Below are positions 1-9,763 of a stretch of 64,000 nt of DNA, piece after piece. The DNA lies in the IMG/VR virus record IMGVR_UViG_3300044629_000431, positions 1 through 64,000 of that record. One strand, written 5' to 3'. Source of the stretch: a virus. The notes below the pieces were generated by a model. That model ran no database searches. It worked only from the letters and a program-made list of their open reading frames with translations, and was not told the origin of the DNA. The number at the start of each line of letters is the position of its first letter. The stretch's first letter is position 1. The position numbers were made by a program, and so were the translations under genes.

Positions 1-1295
1 TTGATTATCTTCGTTTTAACGCCATCGTCCTTGAGTAAGGAATAGGCAAAATCGTAATAAACGATTTCTTCTTTTTTCTTTGAAAGGTCTTCGAATGTTT
101 TTTGGAGATTGGTTTGAAATTCTTCTAACTTCTCATGCTCAGTATTTCTGTTTGCAAGGTTTTGGGTAATAGTTTGAATTTCAGATTCAAGGTCTCGTAT
201 TTGTCTCTGGTTGAGGGAAATCCGAGTATTGTTTTGAGAAATCTCATGGTTGAGTTTCGTAATCTCCTTAGATAGAACTGTGAATTGACGCTCTCGTTCC
301 TGTTCTAACTTTATAGTCTCCTCAAGTTCCTGAAAACCTTTCTGGAGTTCCTTTGCCTTATTTTGAGCGTCTGCTATTCTATTTAACCGAAACTCTTCTT
401 CTATAGTTTGAGTACAGGTAGGGCATACCGTATTTTCTGTGAAAAACTTATGTTCTTTCGTAATCACAGATACTTTCTGAGAAATCTTACCCTTTAGATT
501 GTTAAGCTTTACTAACTTATCATCAGCACCAATGACTTCTTCCTGTTCCTTAGTGTAAGCAAAAATCTGCTCTTCGGTCTTAGAGTTTTCAGTCATATAA
601 ATGCCAACTTCGGCATCTAAATTGGCAATCTTTTCTTTATTGACATTAATATTGGCATTACCACGATTCTCAAGTTCCTCAATAAACTCCTGCTGCATCT
701 TCATCTTATCCTTAAGAGTTTCTTTCTTAAGTTCAAGAGATTTAATCTGATCCTTTTTCTCACGAATCTTATCCTTAATGAGATTATTCATCGCAGAGAA
801 AATACGAATATCCAGAAGGTCCTCAATCACTTCCCGACGATTCGCAGTGGTCAATTGCATAAAGGGTACAAAAGTGCTAGAACCCAGAATCACAATCTGA
901 GTAAAAGACTTGTAATTAACCTTGAGGATATTTTCTTCTAAAATACGTTGATTTGCTCTATCATCTGCTTCTTTATGCAGAGAAACGCCATTCACTTCAA
1001 TGTCAAAAATATTTGGTTTGATGCCACGACGGACAAGATAGTCCCTACTATTCACAGAGAACTCAATCTCGACAAGACAATCTTTCTCATTCGTAGTATT
1101 AACCAATTGAGGTTTGTTGATCTTACGAAATGGTTTATTAAAAAGTGCAAACGTTAGAGCATCAAGAACTGTCGATTTACCAGCACCATTTGTACCAATA
1201 ATCAAATTAGTATGATTTTTCTGAAAATCAATTTCGCTCCAATGATTTCCAGTGCTTAAAAAGTTTTTCCAACGAATTTTTTTAAAAGTTATCAT
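1..1295 (-). CDS. g46: Recombination endonuclease ATPase subunit gp46 (SbcC/Rad50-like), truncated by the window edge
   Basis: Not in the ORF track. Translation from the ATG at 1295 gives MITFKKIRWKNFLSTGN...GTNGAGKSTVLDAL (Walker A)...FTQIVILGS, followed by coiled coil. It lies downstream of gp47. Confidence 0.95.
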   Translation of the reverse strand, partial: MITFKKIRWKNFLSTGNHWSEIDFQKNHTNLIIGTNGAGKSTVLDALTFALFNKPFRKINKPQLVNTTNEKDCLVEIEFSVNSRDYLVRRGIKPNIFDIEVNGVSLHKEADDRANQRILEENILKVNYKSFTQIVILGSSTFVPFMQLTTANRREVIEDLLDIRIFSAMNNLIKDKIREKKDQIKSLELKKETLKDKMKMQQEFIEELENRGNANINVNKEKIANLDAEVGIYMTENSKTEEQIFAYTKEQEEVIGADDKLVKLNNLKGKISQKVSVITKEHKFFTENTVCPTCTQTIEEEFRLNRIADAQNKAKELQKGFQELEETIKLEQERERQFTVLSKEITKLNHEISQNNTRISLNQRQIRDLESEIQTITQNLANRNTEHEKLEEFQTNLQKTFEDLSKKKEEIVYYDFAYSLLKDDGVKTKII

Positions 1296-1561
1296 GATTT
1301 AGGAATAGGAGGAATAACAATGTCATTAGATGTAATCACAGCATATTTGTAATTATGCATTTTACAAGTCTTTATTGCAATATCATCATCAACTTCAACG
1401 ACTTCCATTTCTTTAGAATAATTGGCATCGTCTTCTAACATTAAGGCGTATCTTACTGCATCATCTTCTTCTTCAAACATAAAAAGAACTTTTTCTCCAT
1501 ACTTGTCATGGACTGCATAGGCACCATCATCCTTTCTATCTTTAAGAGTTAGAAGATACAT
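1292..1561 (-). CDS. Conserved small protein between g47 and g46 (likely start MYLLT at 1561)
   Basis: Contains a FEEEDDAVRYALML motif. Its start and stop overlap both neighbouring genes. Confidence 0.75.
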   Translation of the reverse strand: MYLLTLKDRKDDGAYAVHDKYGEKVLFMFEEEDDAVRYALMLEDDANYSKEMEVVEVDDDIAIKTCKMHNYKYAVITSNDIVIPPIPKS

Positions 1562-2598
1562 TACTCGACTTCGCAAGCTTGCTTATACAAATCTTGAAAT
1601 ATTCCTTTGATAATGTTTTTATCAAAATCAAATTCTGCCTCATCAATATAGCGGTTCAGAATTGAAATGGTACTCTCTTCTTCATCAATGTCAAACTCTT
1701 CATTTTCTTGAATCTCAAAGTTCTCAACAATCTTGAGTTCTTGAATTCCAGCAGTATAGAGTTTATCAATAAACTTTTCAAAGTCTTTTGGTTTTGTCTT
1801 TTTACGAACAATCACCTTGACAATTTTATTCTCATATTCAGAAGCATCGAACAACTGATACGGAGTATCCTCATAATAAACATTATAAAACAATTTATAA
1901 GGATTATTAATTGGAGTGTGAGTGAGGGTTTCCGTATCAAAGATATGAAATCCGCGAGTATCATTCACATCTGTCCAGTACATTTCATAAGGATTACCGA
2001 GATAGAAAATGCGTCCATTATCAGAACGAGTGTGGTAATGCCCAGAAAATACTTTTGTGAAGTTCTTAAAAATATCTGCTTCCAGTCCATGCTCCTCCAT
2101 AATCAAATTTCGATTCACACGAAAACCTTGAAGTTCCAAATGACCCATAGCAACTTTTGCTTTGGTCTTCTTGATCTGAACTAAAGACTCTTCATAATTC
2201 TCACTGCAAATCCATGGCAGCATCATGATATCAAGATTTCCAACTTTAGCAGTTTGAGGAGAACTATAAGTACGAATATTAGGATAAGTCTGAAGTAGAA
2301 GGTTTGGAGAATTTACACTATTGGTATTCTTGTAATAACAATCATGATTACCAATAATCATATGGACTTCATACTTACGCATGGGTTCAAATACAACACG
2401 CTTTGCCCACTCTAAACTTTGATAATCGATTGACTTACGACTATCAAAAGCATCTCCCATATGGATGACTGCTTCTACCCCATGCTCCTCAAGGGCAGGG
2501 AAGAAGACATTCTTATAGAAGAGTTCAAAGTGATCATGAAGATACTTAGAACCCTTCCTTGCCCCATAATGCGTATCTGTAATGATGGCAACCTTCAT
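1561..2598 (-). CDS. g47: Recombination endonuclease nuclease subunit gp47 (SbcD/Mre11-like)
   Basis: Metallophosphoesterase motifs DTHYG, GDAFD, GNHD and GHYH. Confidence 0.95.
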   Translation of the reverse strand: MKVAIITDTHYGARKGSKYLHDHFELFYKNVFFPALEEHGVEAVIHMGDAFDSRKSIDYQSLEWAKRVVFEPMRKYEVHMIIGNHDCYYKNTNSVNSPNLLLQTYPNIRTYSSPQTAKVGNLDIMMLPWICSENYEESLVQIKKTKAKVAMGHLELQGFRVNRNLIMEEHGLEADIFKNFTKVFSGHYHTRSDNGRIFYLGNPYEMYWTDVNDTRGFHIFDTETLTHTPINNPYKLFYNVYYEDTPYQLFDASEYENKIVKVIVRKKTKPKDFEKFIDKLYTAGIQELKIVENFEIQENEEFDIDEEESTISILNRYIDEAEFDFDKNIIKGIFQDLYKQACEVE

Positions 2599-3068
2599 CG
2601 GTTCCTGTATGTAATGTTATCTTTAATGGTATTATAGTCGCTACTGTGCCCAGAAAGCAAGCTATCATCAACCATCATAACCTCATCAAACCCTGTTCTC
2701 TCAATAATTTTAGATTTGATATCGAGTTGCTTCTTCTCTTTCTGGATCCTACGGAGAAAAGCGTAGTGAATGATTTGAGTAAAATATGCAAAAGGATTTT
2801 GAGATTTCTCTGGATTAAAATTGTGAATATACTGAACACAGTTTTCTATGCCATCAGAAATCATATCATCCCGAAACATATAATTCACAAAATTTGGTTT
2901 GTATGACAAATGAGTTGCAATCTTTAGAAAGCATTCGCCCAGATAGTTTGTAATGCGAGGTTTGGGTAATCCCTTTTCCTTGGCATCGGCAACTTTGTTC
3001 CTATAGACGATAAGTGCTTCTAATAACTCTTTGTTATTCACATAATGTTCTGATTTCTTCTTTGGCAT
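2595..3068 (-). CDS. g55: Late-transcription sigma factor gp55
   Basis: HYVNNKELL, PNFVNYMFRDDMISDGIENC and NPFAYFTQII motifs; syntenic with g47. Confidence 0.95.
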   Translation of the reverse strand: MPKKKSEHYVNNKELLEALIVYRNKVADAKEKGLPKPRITNYLGECFLKIATHLSYKPNFVNYMFRDDMISDGIENCVQYIHNFNPEKSQNPFAYFTQIIHYAFLRRIQKEKKQLDIKSKIIERTGFDEVMMVDDSLLSGHSSDYNTIKDNITYRNR

Positions 3069-3103
3069 TGCTTGTCATCTTTATCCTAATATTAATTTTC
3101 TTA

Positions 3104-3154
3104 ATTATAGCACAAACACAGAGTCTTGACAAATTAGAAAAATATGACTAGACT
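3104..3154. promoter_or_regulatory. Divergent sigma70-like promoters between g55 and the uvsW operon
   Basis: Minus strand: extended -10 TGC-TATAAT (3104-3112) pointing to g55. Plus strand: TTGACA(3126-3131)-17 bp-TAGACT(3149-3154). Confidence 0.55.
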
Positions 3155-3182
3155 ACGTTTGTTAAGGTTGAAGATAATAATA

Positions 3183-3596
3183 TTAAAGATCTTTAGATTC
3201 CTTATTTTGATTAAAGAGTTTTTCAAGTTTCTTACGGGCTTCATCGACAGTAGAGACATATCCCATGTCTGTTGATACTCCTACTTGACCAGAAGGTTTA
3301 TAGACATCAATACTATCATCATCAATATAATCATTATAGATATCTATCATCTTTTTATCTCTTGTTTCAGTCATTGTAATGACCTTATCATATTTGATTA
3401 GAAATACATCATCATCTGTCAATTCCATCCATGGTTTAACTTTGATAAATGAACCATGGGGACTATGAACGATTTTAAAACTTAGTGGATTTTGTGCGAC
3501 TATGATGGGATCTCCATCGTTTTCATCAATGGAAATTAGTGAAAGAATTTCTTCTCCAGAAACTAATTTAATAACACAATAAAACTCTTCTCCCAT
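3183..3596 (-). CDS. Conserved hypothetical protein downstream of uvsW (Sm-like IKLVSGEEI family)
   Basis: 137-aa ORF coupled to the uvsW stop; has the IKLVSGEEI and KPWM motifs. Confidence 0.7.
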   Translation of the reverse strand: MGEEFYCVIKLVSGEEILSLISIDENDGDPIIVAQNPLSFKIVHSPHGSFIKVKPWMELTDDDVFLIKYDKVITMTETRDKKMIDIYNDYIDDDSIDVYKPSGQVGVSTDMGYVSTVDEARKKLEKLFNQNKESKDL

Positions 3597-5059
3597 TAGT
3601 TTTTAAGCGGTATGTTTACAATATCATAATTAAAGTTTTCTTCGTTATAAACTTTGATTCTTTCTATTAGATGATTGAGTGTATAATTTTTTCTTGACTT
3701 GTAACTAATATCATCGGCAATGTCATATAGAGTTGCCTTTGTTTTATTGTCACCTTTTCTTAGGACTCTTCCGATTGATTGGAGGTTTCTGATTCTTGAT
3801 TTACTAGGGGAAGCAAAGATGACATTATGTAGATTTCTTATGTTAATACCAGTAGAAAAAGTCCCGTAAGAAGCAACTATTATTGCATTGTTTTCTTTTT
3901 CAGTAATTTCTCTGACTTTTTCTCGGTCCTCAGTATCTACACCGCCATGAACAAAGAAGACATGACGTTCTTCAACTGTGCTACTATTTATGAGTTCGTA
4001 CAAAGGTTGTCCATGACCCTCTACTCTTGAAAATAGAATTAAAGTATTACCTTTAAGATCAATGGCAAGGTTTCTTATAAACTTATTGCGCTTTTCATGG
4101 TTGATAATATACTGAACTTCTTCTTCAAAGTTTTCAAACTTATTTGGTGGATGTTTCAATAGAAGAATATTAATATCCAGTTTGGCAACGTGACCCTTCT
4201 GCATCAGTTCCTCTGTTCTGATGATTTTGTATGAAGGACCAAATAAACCTTCTAAAACCCACTTATGTGTTTGTGTGCCGTCTAGGGTTCCTGTAAAACC
4301 GTAACGATATTTTGCATCTGAAAGTTTTGTCATTATAGATACTAATGACTTTGATTTAAACTGGTGTGCTTCATCTCCAACGACCACATTAAATCTTGAG
4401 AAATATTGTCGGGGAAGTTTGTAGATGGACTGCCAGGTCGTAATGATTACCTGAGAGTCTGTTTCTCTTTCTTTTCCAGCATATATCTTGTGGCAAAATG
4501 AACCCACGTCCCACCCATAATCTGCAAAGTCTTTATACATCTGTTCTACAAGGGATGTCGTCGGAACGACTATCAGAGTATTTTGTCCTTTCTCAACGTA
4601 ATATCTCACAATCGAATATATCATCAGGGACTTTCCAGAAGCAGTTGGAGATATCAACAACTTTCGATTATGTTTTAAAGCGTCGTATACTCCCTCAACT
4701 TGGTACTCACGGGGAGCATACTTGCAAATAGAAGTCATATAGTCTTTCACACCTTCTTTTGAAATCATTTCATTGACTTCAAAAGGAAGACCATAAAACT
4801 TATTGTTTACAAACTCATAAGTATAGTCGTGATTTTCACAGAAACGAGTGACTTTATCTAATAGACCAATATAAATTTCACCAGTCTGTGTATTGAATAA
4901 ACGTATCTTTCCGTCCCAGTGTCTGTTGCGAAACTGGGGCATAAACTTAGCACCTGGTACGTCAAATGTGAACTGATCCGCAAGTTCGTAATAGACGTGT
5001 GGTTCTGCCTTTACCTGAAGATATACCTCATTCTTTTTCGATATAACCAAATGTGACAT
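3596..5059 (-). CDS. uvsW: SF2 RNA-DNA/DNA helicase UvsW
   Basis: SPTASGKS, DEAH, TGT and QSIGRVLR helicase motifs. Confidence 0.96.
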   Translation of the reverse strand: MSHLVISKKNEVYLQVKAEPHVYYELADQFTFDVPGAKFMPQFRNRHWDGKIRLFNTQTGEIYIGLLDKVTRFCENHDYTYEFVNNKFYGLPFEVNEMISKEGVKDYMTSICKYAPREYQVEGVYDALKHNRKLLISPTASGKSLMIYSIVRYYVEKGQNTLIVVPTTSLVEQMYKDFADYGWDVGSFCHKIYAGKERETDSQVIITTWQSIYKLPRQYFSRFNVVVGDEAHQFKSKSLVSIMTKLSDAKYRYGFTGTLDGTQTHKWVLEGLFGPSYKIIRTEELMQKGHVAKLDINILLLKHPPNKFENFEEEVQYIINHEKRNKFIRNLAIDLKGNTLILFSRVEGHGQPLYELINSSTVEERHVFFVHGGVDTEDREKVREITEKENNAIIVASYGTFSTGINIRNLHNVIFASPSKSRIRNLQSIGRVLRKGDNKTKATLYDIADDISYKSRKNYTLNHLIERIKVYNEENFNYDIVNIPLKN

Positions 5060-5080
5060 ACGTTCATATCAATACAAAAA

Positions 5081-5087
5081 TATTTAT
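5081..5087 (-). promoter_or_regulatory. Late promoter ATAAATA upstream of uvsW
   Basis: Matches the gp55-type consensus, ~20 nt upstream of the ATG. Confidence 0.65.
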
Positions 5088-5094
5088 TGACAAT

Positions 5095-5120
5095 AAAAAA
5101 CGGGGTCAATTGAACCCCGC
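5095..5120 (-). terminator. Intrinsic terminator after uvsY
   Basis: CGGGGTTCAATTGACCCCG hairpin followed by a T6 run. Confidence 0.7.
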
Positions 5121-5537
5121 TTGGAACCGATGCCATTCAATAGCATTTTTGATTTGAAATGTTCTATTGGAAATAGTTTTAATCACTTCTTCCAAGAACT
5201 TTAACATAATATCGTAATATCGTATCTTCAGTTCTATCTTACTTAACTTCTCATCCCCATCCATATGCCTCTGTAATGCCTCTTTGTCCCGAACTTTATA
5301 AGGGAACGGTTCTTCTTCGTAGACCTCTATAGGCGCCTTTCCAGTGTAGTAATTGTAGCGTTCAAGTTTAACTCTATTAAAAGTTTCTCTTGCCTTTTCG
5401 CGCAACAAAGTAATCGTATTATAGATTGTATAATACTTTGAATGAAGTTGAGGAATTTTTAAAGACTCATCGTGTAAATTATCAGGATCAATGACAGAAT
5501 CTCTCTGCCACATCTCCTGAATTTCGTCAAGGTTCAT
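5106..5537 (-). CDS. uvsY: Recombination mediator UvsY
   Basis: IPQLHSKY and IKNAIEW motifs; lies between g3 and uvsW. Confidence 0.9.
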   Translation of the reverse strand: MNLDEIQEMWQRDSVIDPDNLHDESLKIPQLHSKYYTIYNTITLLREKARETFNRVKLERYNYYTGKAPIEVYEEEPFPYKVRDKEALQRHMDGDEKLSKIELKIRYYDIMLKFLEEVIKTISNRTFQIKNAIEWHRFQAGFN

Positions 5538-6088
5538 AAACGAGTTCTTCCGTCAGTATCGTAGATATTGTAGATAGTATACTTGAAAGATGCCTCTGCT
5601 GTAAAGTACTGAACATCAGTGATCGTGGCATCAAAGTCAAGTGAGGTTAATGAATATGGAAACAGGTCCTTAAACTTAACTATAGCAGCATTTCTATAAC
5701 TTGAGTTTAATATTGATAACGACCCGTCGCTAAATGCTTCTTTTGGATCTTGTATTCCTTTATCATTGGTAATAAGATCAGCATATTCTGCAGTCGTTTC
5801 AGGAAAACCAAGACCAGTTATCCAGTTATGAACTGCCATATAGTTTTCAAGATTTTCATCCACCAAAAAACGAATTGTCAAATCACCATAAGTAATTTTT
5901 TCTCCAGGAATATCAATATCTTTTAGATATGATGGTTGCATTGCAAGAGCCAGATTAATTTCTGGTATTCTTACACTGTTACAAAAGAAGGAAACTTTTG
6001 GTTCTTTAGCAAGAGTAAACTTAAACCCTGCTGGTGATAAAAAGTTTCTATTTGTAATTTGACCTGGAAAATTGCAAGCAGTTGCCAT
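5534..6088 (-). CDS. g3: Tail tube terminator / tail completion protein gp3
   Basis: NFLSP..FKF, FLVDENLENY and F.DLFP.SL motifs. Confidence 0.88.
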   Translation of the reverse strand: MATACNFPGQITNRNFLSPAGFKFTLAKEPKVSFFCNSVRIPEINLALAMQPSYLKDIDIPGEKITYGDLTIRFLVDENLENYMAVHNWITGLGFPETTAEYADLITNDKGIQDPKEAFSDGSLSILNSSYRNAAIVKFKDLFPYSLTSLDFDATITDVQYFTAEASFKYTIYNIYDTDGRTRL

Positions 6089-6092
6089 TATT

Positions 6093-6293
6093 TTATTGTG
6101 GAGAAAGTAAAGTATTTCTGATCATTCTTCCAACAAATTTACCAACACGATCTACTGGTTTTGTTGGTTTTGGTGGTGCTTGAATCATTGCATTTCTAAG
6201 ATTCCTTTGAACCTCAGGGTCATTTAGACTGATAACTTGTGCTGGTTTAATTGGATCACCAGCTGCTTCCAAAAACTGTCTAAAAGTTTTCAC
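6093..6293 (-). CDS. Small protein with a T4 capsid-targeting-like N-terminus (GTG start; MKTFRQFLEA)
   Basis: N-terminus resembles the T4 internal-protein CTS MKTYQEFIAE; sits in a late unit downstream of g23. Confidence 0.55.
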   Translation of the reverse strand: MKTFRQFLEAAGDPIKPAQVISLNDPEVQRNLRNAMIQAPPKPTKPVDRVGKFVGRMIRNTLLSPQ

Positions 6294-6296
6294 GTA

Positions 6297-6455
6297 TCAG
6301 TCTGCAATGATAAGATTGAACCACGCTTCACTCATACCTGAAATAATATTATCAGCAGACTCTTTATCATCTGCATAACCTTCATTGATCAGATGCTCAA
6401 CAACCTTTTCGTAGTTCTTATGAATTTCTTGTGATTGTTTTGGAGATGGTTTCAT
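6297..6455 (-). CDS. Hypothetical 52-aa protein (MKPSPKQSQE...VVEHLINEGYADDKESADNIISGMSEAWF)
   Basis: Translated by hand; a CTAAATA late-promoter-like box lies at 6477-6483. Confidence 0.6.
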   Translation of the reverse strand: MKPSPKQSQEIHKNYEKVVEHLINEGYADDKESADNIISGMSEAWFNLIIAD

Positions 6456-6485
6456 TGTTACTACTAGTTTTATTTTTATTTAGAT

Positions 6486-6511
6486 AAAAAAAGACCCCCT
6501 TTCGGGGGTCT
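6486..6511 (-). terminator. Intrinsic terminator after g23
   Basis: AGACCCCC-GAAA-GGGGGTCT hairpin running into a T tract. Confidence 0.9.
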
Positions 6512-6531
6512 GACAGATATGTGAATCGAGA

Positions 6532-7932
6532 TCACATAAGGTTGGTAACCTTGACTCTTCTGTAGTAACGGTTTGCGTTACGATCAAGACCAGCACCGCT
6601 GATTGCGCTAGTACCCTGCGAGAATGGGTTAGCAACAATGCCATAACGGGTCTTGAAGCCGATCTTAGGCTGGAAGGTGTCCTGACCAACGGCACGTACC
6701 ATCTGGAGAGGTACATATGGGCAGTAGAACAGACCAGCATCATAAGGGGAAGAACCCTTATAACCTACGACGTAGTACTGGTTAGCAGATACGTTAGCAG
6801 CATAAGGATCGATATAAACACGATACTTACCTTGCAGAACACCTGCGAAGGTGTTACCAGTGTCATCAACGTTCAGGTTAGCGTTGAGTGCAGGGGTGTA
6901 ATCAAGAACACCTGCCATGGTGAGTGCCGAAGCAACGTCAGCAGAGCAGAGGATCATGTTACCCTTGCCACGACGAGTTCTTTGGGCGATAGCGTTTGCG
7001 TCACGCTCGATCTGGAAGATCAGACCCTTGAACTTCTCAACCGACCAACGACCGTTGGAGTCAACGTCGAGGTCAAAAGTACCAGCGGTTGCAACGTTTG
7101 CTTGAGCACCAGACTCAGCAACGTTGTAGATGGTACGGATAACTTCGCGGTTGATTTCAGCGAGAATCTCAGTGCTAAGGATGTTAGCAAGCTCAGCTTC
7201 TGCATTCAGACCGTGAATTGCCTTCAGGTCTTGTGCGAGTTCGAGCGAGTACTCAGCTTTCAGAGCACGTGACTTAGCGGTAACGGTGACTTTCTCGATC
7301 GAGAATGCCATCTCGTTGAAGTGGTCGCCAGTGCCTTGTCCAAGATTTTCTGCGTCATCGGTACGCATACCCTGACCTACGTTGTAGGTTTGGGCATCGC
7401 CAGTTGCAGGATAGGTTGCATCCAGAAGACCAGGGTTGGTTCCACGCTGGGTGGTAGTACCCATACCAACGCTACCAGCGGTGAAACCGTTGGTGAGGTT
7501 GAATCCGTTATCTTGACCGGAGAATGCGGTGTCCGCTTCGTTGAACAGAGCTTCAGTTCCGTTCATGTTAGCGTACTTAGAACGCATTGCGAAGATGAGT
7601 CCAGTAGGACCGTTCATTGGTTGAACGCCAGCGAGGTCATAAGCGACCAGGTTAGGCATTGAACGTCTGATCAGGGAGATCAGAACAGGGTCGAAACCAG
7701 CAACAGGTGAACTTGCGCTAGCAGAGAAACCTGGGTTTCCAGTGCTTGAGAAAGTGTTAACTGTTGGTGCTTCGGAAAGGAAAGAACGCTCTTCACGGAG
7801 TTCTCTCTCTTGGTTTTCAAGCAGGATTGCGGTTACCGCTCTACGATGTGAATCTTTGATTGGATCAAGACCATCATAGTCGAGGATTGGTGCCCACTTC
7901 TCCTGCAGATGCTCGGCATTGAACATTTGCAT
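6532..7932 (-). CDS. g23: Major capsid protein gp23
   Basis: FDPVLISLIRR, GVQPMNGPTGLIFAMR, YCPYVPL and FQPKIGFKTRYG motifs. Confidence 0.99.
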   Translation of the reverse strand: MQMFNAEHLQEKWAPILDYDGLDPIKDSHRRAVTAILLENQERELREERSFLSEAPTVNTFSSTGNPGFSASASSPVAGFDPVLISLIRRSMPNLVAYDLAGVQPMNGPTGLIFAMRSKYANMNGTEALFNEADTAFSGQDNGFNLTNGFTAGSVGMGTTTQRGTNPGLLDATYPATGDAQTYNVGQGMRTDDAENLGQGTGDHFNEMAFSIEKVTVTAKSRALKAEYSLELAQDLKAIHGLNAEAELANILSTEILAEINREVIRTIYNVAESGAQANVATAGTFDLDVDSNGRWSVEKFKGLIFQIERDANAIAQRTRRGKGNMILCSADVASALTMAGVLDYTPALNANLNVDDTGNTFAGVLQGKYRVYIDPYAANVSANQYYVVGYKGSSPYDAGLFYCPYVPLQMVRAVGQDTFQPKIGFKTRYGIVANPFSQGTSAISGAGLDRNANRYYRRVKVTNLM

Positions 7933-7984
7933 TTGATTTTTACCTCTTTTAAAAAAGTGTTGTTGTTTGTTTATAATCTAAAAA

Positions 7985-9070
7985 TCACTTTTTAGATGCT
8001 CTAGCAAGAGTCTCTAAGTAAGCAGCCATAACTGGCGAAACTGACTCATTAAGAGCTTGCTTCTCGGTTGTGGTTACTTCTTCAGAGAAATTCTCACTTG
8101 TGCTTCTTTGAGTACCAGTGTTTGATGGGAAATACGATTCCCTCAGTGTTACTAGTTTCTCACGATAGTCTGCTTCACTTCCAAACTCAACATTTTCGGC
8201 AAGAGAAGCGAGTTTGTCCTTCTGAGAAAGTGCAAGACCCTCAGTGACTTCTGCAAAGATTACATCAGCAACCGACTCGGCTAATCTTCTATTCAGAGCA
8301 ACGTTTCTTTCGATTTGCTCGTTGAGTTTTGTTTCCATTTCATCAAGTTTATCTACCATGCTCTCGATTACATCATATCTATCTTCAGGGATTGAAACAT
8401 AATGATCTTCAAAAAGTTGCTTCATGCCTGAGAGGAAGCTCTCAGTCATTTCGGTCTTAAGACCATGCTCAACTGCGAGAGCGTTCTCTTGGATCCACTC
8501 ATCGGCAACATACTCAAGGTATGCGTCGAGTCTTTCGGTCAGACCAACTTTAATAGTTTCGATTTCTTCTACGAGTGCTTGCTCGTATGCGGTTTGGAGT
8601 TGCTCTTTGATCTCTCCAACCTTAGTCTTGATAGCAGTTTCGAAGATGGTACGTGCTTTCTCTTGGAATTCCTCAGAAAGCTCTTCACCTGCAAGAAGTG
8701 CATTAACATCTTCTTCGATGTCAAACTCTTGTACTTCTTCTTCTACAACCTCTTCTTCAGCGGAATCCTCTTCCACTTCTTCACCGCCCTCAACCTCTTC
8801 GGTTTCGTCTTCGGTTTCCTCTTCGATGACTTCTTCCTCTACTTCGGTCTCTTCTGCCTTCATTGCTTTCGCATTGACAACATCTTTGACCTGAGCAAGA
8901 GTTGCACCGGGAGTTTTGAGTGCAGCTGAATCGTCATCGGGACGATAGTTTTCTGGAGTAGGACCGCCAAGATCCTCATAAGGTGCGCCGCCGCTATGCA
9001 TTGGTTCAGCAGGTGCAGCTCCTTTGGTTACTACGTTTTCCATTTCTTGTAAATTGCTACCAACGGACAT
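7985..9070 (-). CDS. g22: Prohead core scaffold protein gp22
   Basis: Glu-rich protein with LSEEFQEKARTIFE and YLEYVADEW; late promoter TATAAATA at 9101-9108. Confidence 0.93.
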   Translation of the reverse strand: MSVGSNLQEMENVVTKGAAPAEPMHSGGAPYEDLGGPTPENYRPDDDSAALKTPGATLAQVKDVVNAKAMKAEETEVEEEVIEEETEDETEEVEGGEEVEEDSAEEEVVEEEVQEFDIEEDVNALLAGEELSEEFQEKARTIFETAIKTKVGEIKEQLQTAYEQALVEEIETIKVGLTERLDAYLEYVADEWIQENALAVEHGLKTEMTESFLSGMKQLFEDHYVSIPEDRYDVIESMVDKLDEMETKLNEQIERNVALNRRLAESVADVIFAEVTEGLALSQKDKLASLAENVEFGSEADYREKLVTLRESYFPSNTGTQRSTSENFSEEVTTTEKQALNESVSPVMAAYLETLARASKK

Positions 9071-9100
9071 TTTTGTTTAGATTCTGTGATAATCTATATT

Positions 9101-9108
9101 TATTTATA
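9101..9108 (-). promoter_or_regulatory. Late promoter TATAAATA upstream of g22
   Basis: Exact T4 late consensus. Confidence 0.8.
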
Positions 9109-9110
9109 AA

Positions 9111-9761
9111 TTAAAGATTTGATAGGAAATCGTTGAAAAGATTCAACTTATGCTCTTCAAGTCTTTTTTGATCAACAAGAGTATTAATTCTCTTTTGAGT
9201 TTGCTCGGCAAGTCTTTCACGAAGAATACCACCTTCCCAAACCCATTCTTTTCCTTCCATAATTCCCTGAACAAAAGCATCAGGAGCAGAAGGATCGGCA
9301 ACGATATCTGCAGCGGTTGCTAACATAAAATCTTCACCGACAATTTTATGACCCTCATTGGTCATCTTGAGTGAACCTACACCACGAGAAGAAACGCCAA
9401 GCATAACGCCTTCATCAATTAGTGACTTGGCAATTTTACCCATTGGTGTCTCAAGAAGTTGAGCTTTACCGATGAAGTTATTGCCATCCTTGTAAAGTTC
9501 ACAAATTTTATGTGAAACTCTATCAAGGTTTACAGTTGGACCATCAGGATGACCAAGTTCACCAAGAGCACGACCTTTCTGAACAAAGTTTTCATTATAA
9601 CGGGTTACCTCTCTTTCCATAATGGCAAGAGGATACATTCTTCCGTTACGATTAACTTGTTCTGCCTGTAAGAAAATACCTTTGATATAGGACTTTTTAG
9701 AAGATCCTTTACCTTCAGTAATAAATTCTACTTTTGAAATTTCTTCTGTAATGAGTTTCAT
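9111..9761 (-). CDS. g21: Prohead protease gp21
   Basis: NRNGRMYP, ALGELGHP, GVSSRG and DIVADPSAPDA motifs. Confidence 0.97.
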   Translation of the reverse strand: MKLITEEISKVEFITEGKGSSKKSYIKGIFLQAEQVNRNGRMYPLAIMEREVTRYNENFVQKGRALGELGHPDGPTVNLDRVSHKICELYKDGNNFIGKAQLLETPMGKIAKSLIDEGVMLGVSSRGVGSLKMTNEGHKIVGEDFMLATAADIVADPSAPDAFVQGIMEGKEWVWEGGILRERLAEQTQKRINTLVDQKRLEEHKLNLFNDFLSNL

Positions 9762-9763
9762 TT

